A DNA stretch of 64,000 nt, taken from Candidatus Zixiibacteriota bacterium. Its GTDB lineage: Bacteria; Zixibacteria; MSB-5A5; GN15; FEB-12. Below the pieces are notes generated by a model. It was not told where the DNA came from. It was given only the letters and a program-made list of their open reading frames with translations, and made no database searches. Location of the stretch: the NCBI GenBank assembly GCA_028715215.1, contig JAQUSF010000001.1:797-64796 (forward strand), written 5' to 3'. The translations under genes were made by a program, and so were the position numbers. Of this stretch, positions 19,701 through 25,183 are shown piece after piece (the stretch's first letter is position 1; each line of letters starts with the position of its first letter).

Positions 19701-20100
19701 GGTCTTCAATTACCGGGGGCGTATTCACCGTAACGTCAAATACCACCGTATCGACATCGATTATATTGAGACGGTCCTTCAATTGCCAGATAAAGACATA
19801 GACACCACTGGTCGCCGGATAAAAACAGACCTTTCTGGTGAACGAACCATAAAAGGTCTCAGGGGGGAAATCCATCGGACCACTAACCAGACTTAGCACC
19901 AGGGTATCGTTTACTTCCGGGTCATTTCCAATAACATCAAAACAAATTTCTCCCGGTGTGCAAAAGAAAACGGATGAGTCCTCGGGTAATGTCAATACCG
20001 GAGGACAGTCCGGATCCAATGCGAAGACGGAAGATTGAATTAAAAGGATAAAAAATAATGAAGTTATAAGAATACTAAAGGTAGGCCTGAACCTAGTCAT
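10726..20100 (-). CDS. giant (3124 aa) cysteine-rich secreted surface protein: signal peptide, about 30 Ig/cadherin-like modules, cohesin-like domain, dockerin-like domain, T9SS C-terminal sorting domain
   Basis: Single uninterrupted ORF with GGAGGAGAG directly upstream of the ATG. N-terminal signal is FSILITSLFFILLIQSSVFA. The recurring module is ..D(T/S)..LC....CF.V...D.D.N.....G.Y......CF.P...G.Y......D.CG..D.D...V.V..N.PP.. See the separate entries for the C-terminal domains. Confidence 0.9.
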   Translation of the reverse strand: MTRFRPTFSILITSLFFILLIQSSVFALDPDCPPVLTLPEDSSVFFCTPGEICFDVIGNDPEVNDTLVLSLVSGPMDFPPETFYGSFTRKVCFYPATSGVYVFIWQLKDRLNIIDVDTVVFDVTVNTPPVIEDQEFSQELCLGQRQRELPVTAFDADNDELRFEKLSGPGTIDENTGVISYEVTSSGVTSFEVAVYDPCGADTATVTDYVYLNEPPQLLTRDTTIILCEPVEICFDVVARDPEGGPVTITEIDDLGQFTPLNDTSGQTCFMPADVDTAVYRFIYCLVDQCPLDKITPPCLPDTIIVTVIINLPPYFTLCPESQEFNTCAVDTFCFEVSANDPEFGPLTYRILEGNAFMDDKKVCVIGEESQSFDVVIEVSDYCNATDTCTVPVVINGNRPPVIQPLADQNIFLCQPEIFCFEASVSDDDYNLDTVMLNYGYYDSNLPPRICIEIDTSGVYTIILTARDDCGATDVDTALVTVEVNRPPVAEFISGDTSLVLCEISELCFKANINDDNIKHLYISHGGYFNEATGEICFTPTQAGEYKLSVYLEDYCNLVATDTITVAIQLKDNEPVFSLNDTTVFLCTPDYICLPVTITDADNDIMSIVPSRGTYENGRLCFVPYNLGDIKIALTVTDSCNHVVTDTCTVTVVSDDVHLVCPGDTSVFLCEPENLCFPIGGIPDGATVKVFGTNVTYNPETRSVCFFSDCCLQNNIRVEVTTPCSTYTCGFTVDIQTNSAPAVRLPDDTTFWSCQLQQVCLPVSVEDIDRNVASVLIEGAVYDDYYQTACFTPESEGEYVVSVTAYDSCGAYDGDTVVVTVATNRPPVIEYTLEDSVFRVCSFEEICIPLSITDPDNNLSSITVGSPFYINTDTSVCFIPDRAGDYCMTVQAADLCGVITARDICVTVEIGDSAWVTCPTITEPIQLCQSDTVDIDITVAGVFSNLTVAPEDIAFYDNGKIHFRADTTGTYEITVTAEAECNTSSCILTVPVEILIPVSIVCPDSDSLFECEIPHSINIPMEIYGDYTGLDIIPAAAEYIPGQGLNIPVDSAGFYEIRVIAVGLCNADTCEFSVTLDINQAPVVEVKDTTVVLCDLETVCVPVNIYDVDNAITAVIVEPFGELLDGRICFTPTAFENYTFSVIATDECESADTAYFTVSVMKGDYVDIECPGNLPDTTICGSQLLCHDLNITGLNYQIGVYPENVAFYENGQLCFMADTTGFYEITVIGYAGCNNDTCVVTRQITVTDSVFIVCPDEQINLFECFAPYSVNIPVKIIGDYTDLQISPQVANFVNDTLLNIPTSGPGVYPVEIIATGPCNADTCAFTVNLNVNQPPELTVQADTTVTVCTLEGLEIQVKFHLFDPDNNIEFYGANPGQINDSIVYFYPTRYGEQNIVVFAEDTCGARVEDTVKVTVVQGPTVVIENCPQLPLSMDMENFPTTIRYELPITPGDAVVEVTGGTWANDTLAVEITAPGTYHVNVTATALCGSDECNLTFVINEYVPPGVVCHDTMAVLCLLEPQMFCVGIDEITGTDITVSVSRGQYIDGRVCFEVSEPGEYDVEIIVANEFEGEPRADTCNFTATIDGGRAPVVNLGEDFNKFLCGPEDFCFEVEIIPGDFNIIGYELNYGTFNGDTKELCLGFDTAGTYHLVLKVFDDCGNTVEDDIYITVIRNIAPTVDLGDDFATLICAPTDICLDIDTFDVDNNIVSVYPVGNGYINDAGQVCFTVDTAGTYRIIVRAVDACEAFGDDTVLVTVTVNRPPVISPMPDTTVFLCAPTYVCLPVTFSDPDNNIASVVANRGKYKDGQLCFVPYDSGNYVITLTVTDSCGLKAMDTAIVRILTEQSISIQCPNDTTVFLCQPENLCFPIKGIPEGASVKVYGTNVTYDAATESVCFFSDCCLDNEIRVEVTTACSTYTCEFTVFIQTNSKPVVRLPKDATYLQCWLQPVCVPVAVTDIDRNVESIVVSGAVYDAYYQTACLTPDTPGTYTIRVTAYDSCDASGFDEIKITVIENSAPIINVDITPPVFRLCTLEEICFTGMVDDPDDNLKSVEVWPNGWYDFENNRVCFIPEAFGVFWLHIRATDTCDAVTVDSLLVTIDEGDFVDVICPEGPIDTVLCEASSVCIPVDIVGTPLPDVGDGYKSIRTYPVGLTSYSEGNFCFIADSSGTYTLTLVAEAQCNKDSCTFIVNVDILEPLAITCPASDSVFLCDTTTLVDSFTISSSVTEVMVSDTAAVKAYIVGNKIYIPVRQEGERRITLTAKGRCGEVSCDFTIKADFNTPPLVVAGNDTTLVECELFPVCVKFSVFDPDGNLDSMKTTHGTFDDTLVCFNPADYGGFGDYNIIVTAFDACNTMDADTLRVSFLMGDSAKIEWCPEELYFSSCWPDTVYFPLNITPADAQITILPNGRYEAANKRVGVFVDTAGTYLVSIAVNALCYDTACSFPLYVERFEFPQISCPGNIDTLLCLSQPDTICFPIDVQGTAVDVTILPAQLGAYYTAGHVCVPVSAAGTYPLTIIGSNMCGSDTCSPSTVLNVNADQPPLLFLPDDITVERCPNDTDLIVIRGIYATDVEAEVIISQVCGPEGAFVNIQPDSGVISFRPTEINTYAFCFEADDGCQVVKDTLLVHVTLRDDCDVCLRVYIDGGSCTPVGLRKLVELDIETNDAIAGFDLLLKYDVSALTFINATIAGSAISAWEYFTYRVVSGSQGLLRLVGIADINNGPNHPPASSLRPDGVLVYIEYQIANNQNLGDVFIPISFIWYDCGDNTFSDVSGTILFMDSRIYNAEGILIWDEDINQDGLRTPELGAYDACLAGTEKGVPLRCIEFFNGGICITHPDSLDDRGDINLNNIAYEIADAVLFTSYFVRGLGVFNINLAGQIAATDVNADGITLTVADLVYLVRIIIGDADPYPKIVPYQEELLVTTEQVNERVCVTTDAVSTIGAACFVYDINGSVDIGEPCLSADAAGMEIQYAVENNQLKILVYNIGTHRIQPGIHQLMEIPISGEGMLNLVKAEIADYHGQPYKAVSKNELLPAGFILSQNYPNPFNPSTRIEFSLPVAAEWHLTIFNVTGKIVREYSGYSESGTNEVTWDGTSSDNDKTASGVYFYRLECGKFSETKKMILLK
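10729..10995 (-). other. T9SS (Por) C-terminal sorting domain of the giant protein
   Basis: The last 89 aa are FILSQNYPNPFNPSTRIEFSLP....L.IFNV.GK.V........G...V.WDG.......ASGVYFYRL......ETKKMILLK. This is the classic TIGR04183-type CTD pattern (family recalled from memory). Confidence 0.8.
11386..11574 (-). other. dockerin-like double Ca-binding repeat in the giant protein
   Basis: GDINLNNIAYEIADAVLF ... TDVNADGITLTVADLVYLVRIIIGD. The second repeat fits the DxNxDGxIxxxDxxxL pattern; the first is degenerate. Confidence 0.6.
11800..12210 (-). other. cohesin-like beta-sandwich domain in the giant protein
   Basis: ..CLRVYIDGGSC..VELDIETNDAIAGFDLLLKYDVSALTFINATIAGSAISAWEYFTYRV....LRLVGIADIN...... 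resembles the cohesin 'aGfqf.l.YD...l....v..G' signature. Judged by eye only. Confidence 0.5.
12480..18384 (-). repeat. colinear super-repeat inside the giant gene (copy 1 about 18384-14827, copy 2 about 14826-12480), with an extra tandem three-module unit in copy 1
   Basis: NEPVFSLNDTTVFLCTPDYICLPV... (N codon at 18382-18384) parallels NRPPVISPMPDTTVFLCAPTYVCLPV... (N codon at 14824-14826). The offset is 3558 nt, or 1186 codons, in frame. About two-thirds of residues are identical by hand alignment over the block VFLC(E/Q)PENLCFPI...TAYDSC. Confidence 0.8.
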
Positions 20101-20560
20101 CTCTCCTCCAAAGAATTGTCAGCATATAAACTAACTTCCTCATTAAGCCGTTTATCATGCCGCCCGTGTATGCTCAAGACCAAACTTGTTGTATGTAACA
20201 GGCTTAAAACAGCTCCAAGGAAGTAGAAAGTAGTAAAAAAACGCAGTAATATGCTTTTTTTTCTTAGCACCTAAATATACTACCTACAACAAATTAGTCA
20301 AGAACTATTACTTCATTTTTAAGATGACGCAATAAACAGGCCAATTTGATAAGCTATTGTAAAACCTTAAGTTATAATGGGTAACAGGGGTCGTTTTGAT
20401 ACGTGGGCGAGATTATATGAAAATATTATATAATAAATGTGATTTCTATTGCCTACTGACATAATATCTGCATTATAAACCGCCCCACAAACCGGAAGTC
20501 GATGCGCTTATGGTTCTTACCGGGGTTTGATCCGGGGCTATATTTTTTTATCTTCGGGCA

Positions 20561-20607
20561 AAAAAAATACCCTGTTTGATTTATCCATGAATTCATAAAA
20601 ACAGGGT
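20561..20607 (-). terminator. putative rho-independent terminator downstream of the SPFH gene
   Basis: 10-bp inverted repeat taccctgttt / aaacagggta, followed on the minus strand by a run of 7 T (complement of 20561-20567). The loop is long (20 nt), so confidence is modest. Confidence 0.4.
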
Positions 20608-20626
20608 AAATTTAATAGCTGAAGGT

Positions 20627-21439
20627 TTATTTGTCGCCGCCGAGAATAATCGGCAAGCTCCCGGCATCATTCCCGACTATCACCACCTTGGTATTGGGCG
20701 ATTCGGCGATTTTCAAGGTTGCCTCTATGCCCTTCCACTTTAAAAGCGACTGGGTAATCCCGGCACTGACAATTTGCTGAAAATCCGCGATACCCTTGGC
20801 TTCGATTCTCTTGCGTTCCGCTTCAAGTTTTTCCTGTTCAATGGTGAACTGCATCCGCTGGGCTTCCTGTTCGGCGGTCAGTTTAAAATTTATCGCCTCC
20901 GAGATTTTTTCCGGTATGGTGACATCGCGAATCAAGACATTCTCTATGTTGATAAATTTATCGTACATCTGGGTTCGCAGGGAATCGACTATTTCCCTGG
21001 TCAACAACTCCCGCTTGGTGGAATAAATTTCTTCGGAGGTATAACGGCCGGCTATACCGCGGGCGATGCCGCGCACCGAGGGTGCCACCAGGACATCGTA
21101 ATATGCCGGGCCGACCGTTATCTGCAACGAGTCCAGCTTAAACGGATCCGGTTTGAAAAGGATGGAGACTTCGATCCTGATAGTCGCCCCATCGGAGGAC
21201 AGTACCACCAGGCTCTCCTTACGTTCCTGAGTTTGAATTTTATAAACAAAAATGTTATTCCAGGGGAAGTGCCAGTTGAAACCTTCGGAGTAAATTCTAC
21301 CCATTTCGGTGCCGGAACCGAACTTGTTGAAAAACACCCCGCGGTGTCCCGAGGGAATCTGGGTGCCGCATCCGACCATACCCAGGGCGAAAACGGCTAT
21401 CAAAATTAACGGCAACCAGCGTCTTGGTCCTGAAGACAT
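20627..21439 (-). CDS. SPFH/band-7 (prohibitin-like) membrane protein
   Basis: AAGGAGG lies upstream of the ATG. N-terminal TM/lipobox-like stretch is LILIAVFALGMVGCG. SPFH core is ..IPSGHRGVFFNKF.G......SEGFNWHFPW..., followed by the coiled-coil EQEAQRMQFTIEQEKLEAERKRIEAKGIADFQ. Confidence 0.85.
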   Translation of the reverse strand: MSSGPRRWLPLILIAVFALGMVGCGTQIPSGHRGVFFNKFGSGTEMGRIYSEGFNWHFPWNNIFVYKIQTQERKESLVVLSSDGATIRIEVSILFKPDPFKLDSLQITVGPAYYDVLVAPSVRGIARGIAGRYTSEEIYSTKRELLTREIVDSLRTQMYDKFINIENVLIRDVTIPEKISEAINFKLTAEQEAQRMQFTIEQEKLEAERKRIEAKGIADFQQIVSAGITQSLLKWKGIEATLKIAESPNTKVVIVGNDAGSLPIILGGDK

Positions 21440-21598
21440 AAATCCTCCTTTACTTATTTTTAAAATTCAAGCATCCTTGCCTTATTATTTCTTCAAGAAA
21501 ATACTCAGAACCTGAGGCGGTATTCAACAAAAAAAGTAACAAAAAACATATCGTGATTTAAGAATTGCTTCTATAGTGATAAATTAAAAATTCAGCTC

Positions 21599-22540
21599 TC
21601 ATTTAACGCGATACGGCACACCCCAGCAACCGAGGAAGAAAAACTCGTCATCCTTAAGAACCTGCATGAAAATCAGTTTCCATGTTCCTGAAGTTTCATA
21701 AGGAGTACTTATGGTATCCACATATTTTTTCCGGTTATCAGAAGTGAGACCGTTATAAATCATGGGGCGGGTAAAATAACCGTCCTTATCTTCAGCGGAG
21801 ATAAACGGTATTCTGCGAACGTTTATTGACGGATTAGCGGTTTCGGTACTGATAACTAAATTACTGCCGGAATTGATTTGATTCAATCCGCTCAATTTCT
21901 TAAAATAGTAATTATTATCAAAACTTAGAGATGAATCGGTATACAGGCTCCCGTCACCGTAATAGGTATTATTTTGAGAGTCCTTGACCGTAACGGTAAG
22001 CGGGATCTGGTTTCCCTCGGCGCCGTTAAAACCCCATAACAGCCAGCCGACATAATCATGCGAATCGTTACCGAGCTTGAGGAAAAAACCATGCCGCTTG
22101 AAGCGCCGGTCGGAGATGATTTCCTGAAGCGTATCACCATTATAGAGACGCAGGGTCCGGACGGTCATTCTATCCTCGATTACCACCACTGCTTCACGCA
22201 GAAATCCCAGCGAGCCGTAATCGGCAACGATATAATCTCCGTTATTATCTTTGCCGTTTCCCAAATCACCGGGGAAAACGACCTCAAACTGCTGCCGGGT
22301 TATGGCGAGCATGGTGTCACGATAAACCGCGCTGTCGAAAGGCAGGGTGTACGGGTCGGGATTAATCAGATTTGTAGTGCGAAAAAGTTCCCGGGCGGTT
22401 TCAACTTCGTTTATGTAACGCCGGATCTCATCGGCGTCCACGATATAGGGAACATCCTTCTCTTTACACCCGGCGGTTATCATCAAGGCACTTACGAGGG
22501 CTGATAGAACAACCCCTCTGAAATTGATACTGGTATTCAT
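21599..22540 (-). CDS. hypothetical lipoprotein
   Basis: 313-aa ORF. Signal plus lipobox is VLSALVSALMITAGC. No recognisable catalytic motif. Confidence 0.55.
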   Translation of the reverse strand: MNTSINFRGVVLSALVSALMITAGCKEKDVPYIVDADEIRRYINEVETARELFRTTNLINPDPYTLPFDSAVYRDTMLAITRQQFEVVFPGDLGNGKDNNGDYIVADYGSLGFLREAVVVIEDRMTVRTLRLYNGDTLQEIISDRRFKRHGFFLKLGNDSHDYVGWLLWGFNGAEGNQIPLTVTVKDSQNNTYYGDGSLYTDSSLSFDNNYYFKKLSGLNQINSGSNLVISTETANPSINVRRIPFISAEDKDGYFTRPMIYNGLTSDNRKKYVDTISTPYETSGTWKLIFMQVLKDDEFFFLGCWGVPYRVK

Positions 22541-22568
22541 AGTTAACTCTCTAAAAATGACGTATAAC

Positions 22569-24602
22569 TTATTTTTTTCGTTTATTCATTTTGGCCTGCG
22601 CCTTAAGTTCTTTTATTTCATCGCGAATCTGTATGGCGGTTTCAAAGTCGAGATTCTCGGCGGCTTTTTTCATAGCCCGGAGCATAAAAGCCAGTTGATC
22701 CTCGTGCGACATCATTTTGAAATGTTCCGGTTTCTCGAACGTTTTTTCTTCAACCGTCCGGCTGTCGGCAAACTGAGTGGAACGCAGAATTTCCTCGCGG
22801 GTCTTGTATATTGTTTCCGGGTTGACGTTATTCTCCCGGTTGTACATAAGCTGTTTTTCCCGACGGCGGTTGGTCTCCTCGATGGCTTTCTGCATGGAAT
22901 CGGTGATTTTGTCAGCATAGAAAATAACCTCCCCGTTTTTATTGCGCGCCGCCCGGCCGGCCGTCTGAATCAGCGAACGAGCCGAACGTAAAAATCCTTC
23001 CTTATCGGCATCGAGTACGGCCACCAGCGATACTTCGGGCAAATCCAGACCCTCGCGCAGAAGGTTCACCCCCACCAGGACATCAAACTGATGCAGACGC
23101 AAGTCACGAATTATTTCCGTCCGGTCGATGGCATCGATTTCACTATGCAGGTACCGGACTTTGATTCCTGCTTTGGCCAGGTAATCCGTCAAGTCCTCAC
23201 TCATCCTTTTAGTCAGGGTAGTCACCAGGACTCGTTCCCCGCGGTTGTTGCGCAATTTAACCTGTTCCATCAAATCATCCACCTGGGTGGCCAGGGGTTT
23301 GACGGTGATAAGCGGGTCGAGAAGGCCGGTCGGCCGGATTACCTGTTCCACCACCACCCCGCCCGATTTTTCCAACTCATAATCTGCCGGGGTTGCCGAG
23401 ACATAAATGACCTTGTTCACCAGATGCTCGAATTCCTCGAAAAAGAGAGGCCGGTTGTCCAGAGCCGAGGGCAGGCGGAAGCCGTGTTCAACCAGCACCT
23501 CCTTGCGGCTTTTATCCCCGGCATACATCGCCCGCAACTGCGGTACGCTCTGGTGTGATTCGTCTATTATCGTCAAAAAATCCTCCGGGAAAAAATCAAT
23601 CAAAGTATAAGGCCGTTCGCCCGGTTTACGGCCGGTCAGAAAACGCGAGTAATTTTCTATGCCGCTGCAATAACCTATTTCTTTTAACATCTCCAGGTCA
23701 TATCTGGTTCGGGAATCCAGCCTCTGTGCCTCCAGAAGTTTATTAACCTCCCGGAAATACGCCAGCCTATCGGCTAACTCCTGTTCGATACCCACAATGG
23801 CTTTTTCAAGCTGTACTTTGGAGGTGACGAAATGTTTGGCGGGATAAATCGCCGCCCGCGAACGTTCGTTTAAAATTTCTCCGGTCAAAGGGTCGATTTC
23901 CGTAATACGGTCAATGGTATCCCCGAAGAACTCTATCCTGACGGCTGTTTCCCGGTAAGCCGGGATAAGCTCGACAGTGTCACCCCTGACCCGGAAATTC
24001 CCCCGGCTGAAGTCGATGTCGTTACGGTTATAATGTATATCGATAAGGCGGCGGATGGCTTCATCACGGTCAACTTCTCCGCCCACCTCAAAAATCTGAA
24101 GCTGTTTTTTATATTCTTCCGGCGAACCCAGGCCGTAAATACAGGAAACCGAGGCGACAATTATGACGTCAGGCCGTTCTAAAAGGGAGGCGGTCGCCCG
24201 AAGTCTCAGCCGGTCGATGTCTTCATTCATGGACGTATCTTTTTCGATATAAGTATCGGTCGTAGGCAGGTAGGCTTCGAGTTGATAATAATCGTAATAA
24301 CTGATAAAGAACTCCACGGCGTTTTTTGGGAAAAAAGCCTTAAGTTCGCCGTACAACTGAGCGGCCAGGGTTTTATTATGTGATATTACCAGCACCGGCC
24401 GATTATAACGGGTGATGACGTTGGCAACGGTGAAAGTTTTACCCGAACCGGTTACACCCAGGAGGGTTTGATGTTTCTGTTTGGTTTCAAGCCCGGACAC
24501 CAGTTCCTCGATAGCCTGGGGCTGGTCTCCTTTTGGCTGAAAACCGGCTTTTAGCTGAAACATGGTTTCGCTTCCGGATTTTACCTCATTTATTCGGGGC
24601 AT
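22569..24602 (-). CDS. uvrB: excinuclease ABC subunit B
   Basis: [21 protein letters not shown], Walker [11 protein letters not shown], helicase motifs DESH and ..[11 protein letters not shown], and the C-terminal UVR domain ..[14 protein letters not shown]. The ORF-track N-terminus (24704) looks over-extended. Candidate starts are 24614, 24602 and 24563. Confidence 0.93.
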   Translation of the reverse strand: MPRINEVKSGSETMFQLKAGFQPKGDQPQAIEELVSGLETKQKHQTLLGVTGSGKTFTVANVITRYNRPVLVISHNKTLAAQLYGELKAFFPKNAVEFFISYYDYYQLEAYLPTTDTYIEKDTSMNEDIDRLRLRATASLLERPDVIIVASVSCIYGLGSPEEYKKQLQIFEVGGEVDRDEAIRRLIDIHYNRNDIDFSRGNFRVRGDTVELIPAYRETAVRIEFFGDTIDRITEIDPLTGEILNERSRAAIYPAKHFVTSKVQLEKAIVGIEQELADRLAYFREVNKLLEAQRLDSRTRYDLEMLKEIGYCSGIENYSRFLTGRKPGERPYTLIDFFPEDFLTIIDESHQSVPQLRAMYAGDKSRKEVLVEHGFRLPSALDNRPLFFEEFEHLVNKVIYVSATPADYELEKSGGVVVEQVIRPTGLLDPLITVKPLATQVDDLMEQVKLRNNRGERVLVTTLTKRMSEDLTDYLAKAGIKVRYLHSEIDAIDRTEIIRDLRLHQFDVLVGVNLLREGLDLPEVSLVAVLDADKEGFLRSARSLIQTAGRAARNKNGEVIFYADKITDSMQKAIEETNRRREKQLMYNRENNVNPETIYKTREEILRSTQFADSRTVEEKTFEKPEHFKMMSHEDQLAFMLRAMKKAAENLDFETAIQIRDEIKELKAQAKMNKRKK

Positions 24603-24727
24603 TTTCCTATTCATAAGTAAACCATATAATATAATGTAAGACCGGCGGGGAACAATCAAAATTAACATGAACTGTCTGTTGGTAAAGCGAAGGTCTGGAA
24701 CCAATTGTCCTTAAAATAGTTTAAAAG

Positions 24728-24756
24728 TTGACGCCGTGGGGTAAAATGGCTATGAT
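24728..24756 (+). promoter_or_regulatory. sigma70-like promoter candidate upstream of rplU
   Basis: TTGACG (24728-24733), a 17-nt spacer, then TATGAT (24751-24756), about 100 nt upstream of the rplU ATG. Sequence-only prediction. Confidence 0.4.
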
Positions 24757-24857
24757 AATAGTTTAAAAATTGCCTTGACTTGACGGCTAAATTGGTTACT
24801 TTTTTGGGCTTAGCTTTAAATAGTTGGTTATTTCCAATTCCTGGAGGATTATTAAAA

Positions 24858-25178
24858 ATGTACGTTGTATTTCAAGTTGCCGGTTTTCAGTTTTCTGGAG
24901 AAGAAGGCGCACTGTTAAAAGTTCCCCATCGAAAAGAAAATCCGGGGGACAAGATGGATATTTCAGAAGTCCTGCTGATTAAAGACAATGATAAGGTTCT
25001 GGTCGGTACTCCCTTTGTCGACGGAGCGCGGGTGGAAACCGAGGTCGTAGCAACCGGTAAAAATGACAAGGTTTTAATCTATAAGTACAAAAAACGGACG
25101 AAATACCGCCGCACGCAAGGGCATCGTCAGGATTATACCCGGATTAAAATAAATAAAATCATCGCACCCGGAGAATAA
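24858..25178 (+). CDS. rplU: 50S ribosomal protein L21
   Basis: MYVVFQVAGFQF....G..L.V........G........VLLI.......VG.P.V.GA.V...V...GK..KV...KYK.RK.YRR..GHRQ.YT...I..I. GGAGG lies 10 nt upstream of ATG 24858. The ORF-track start at 24780 is over-extended. Confidence 0.9.
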   Translation: MYVVFQVAGFQFSGEEGALLKVPHRKENPGDKMDISEVLLIKDNDKVLVGTPFVDGARVETEVVATGKNDKVLIYKYKKRTKYRRTQGHRQDYTRIKINKIIAPGE

Positions 25179-25183
25179 TTTCT

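Noticed and set aside
20521-20538. ccgggg...ccgggg, first read as a hairpin upstream of the giant gene
   Set aside because: The two halves are a direct repeat, not an inverted one (the complement would be ccccgg). No stem can form.
24603-24704. N-terminal extension of uvrB in the ORF track ([30 protein letters not shown]...)
   Set aside because: It is not homologous to UvrB N-termini, which start a few residues before F.L...(F/Y).P.GDQP. Internal ATGs at 24614, 24602 and 24563 give a normal N-terminus.
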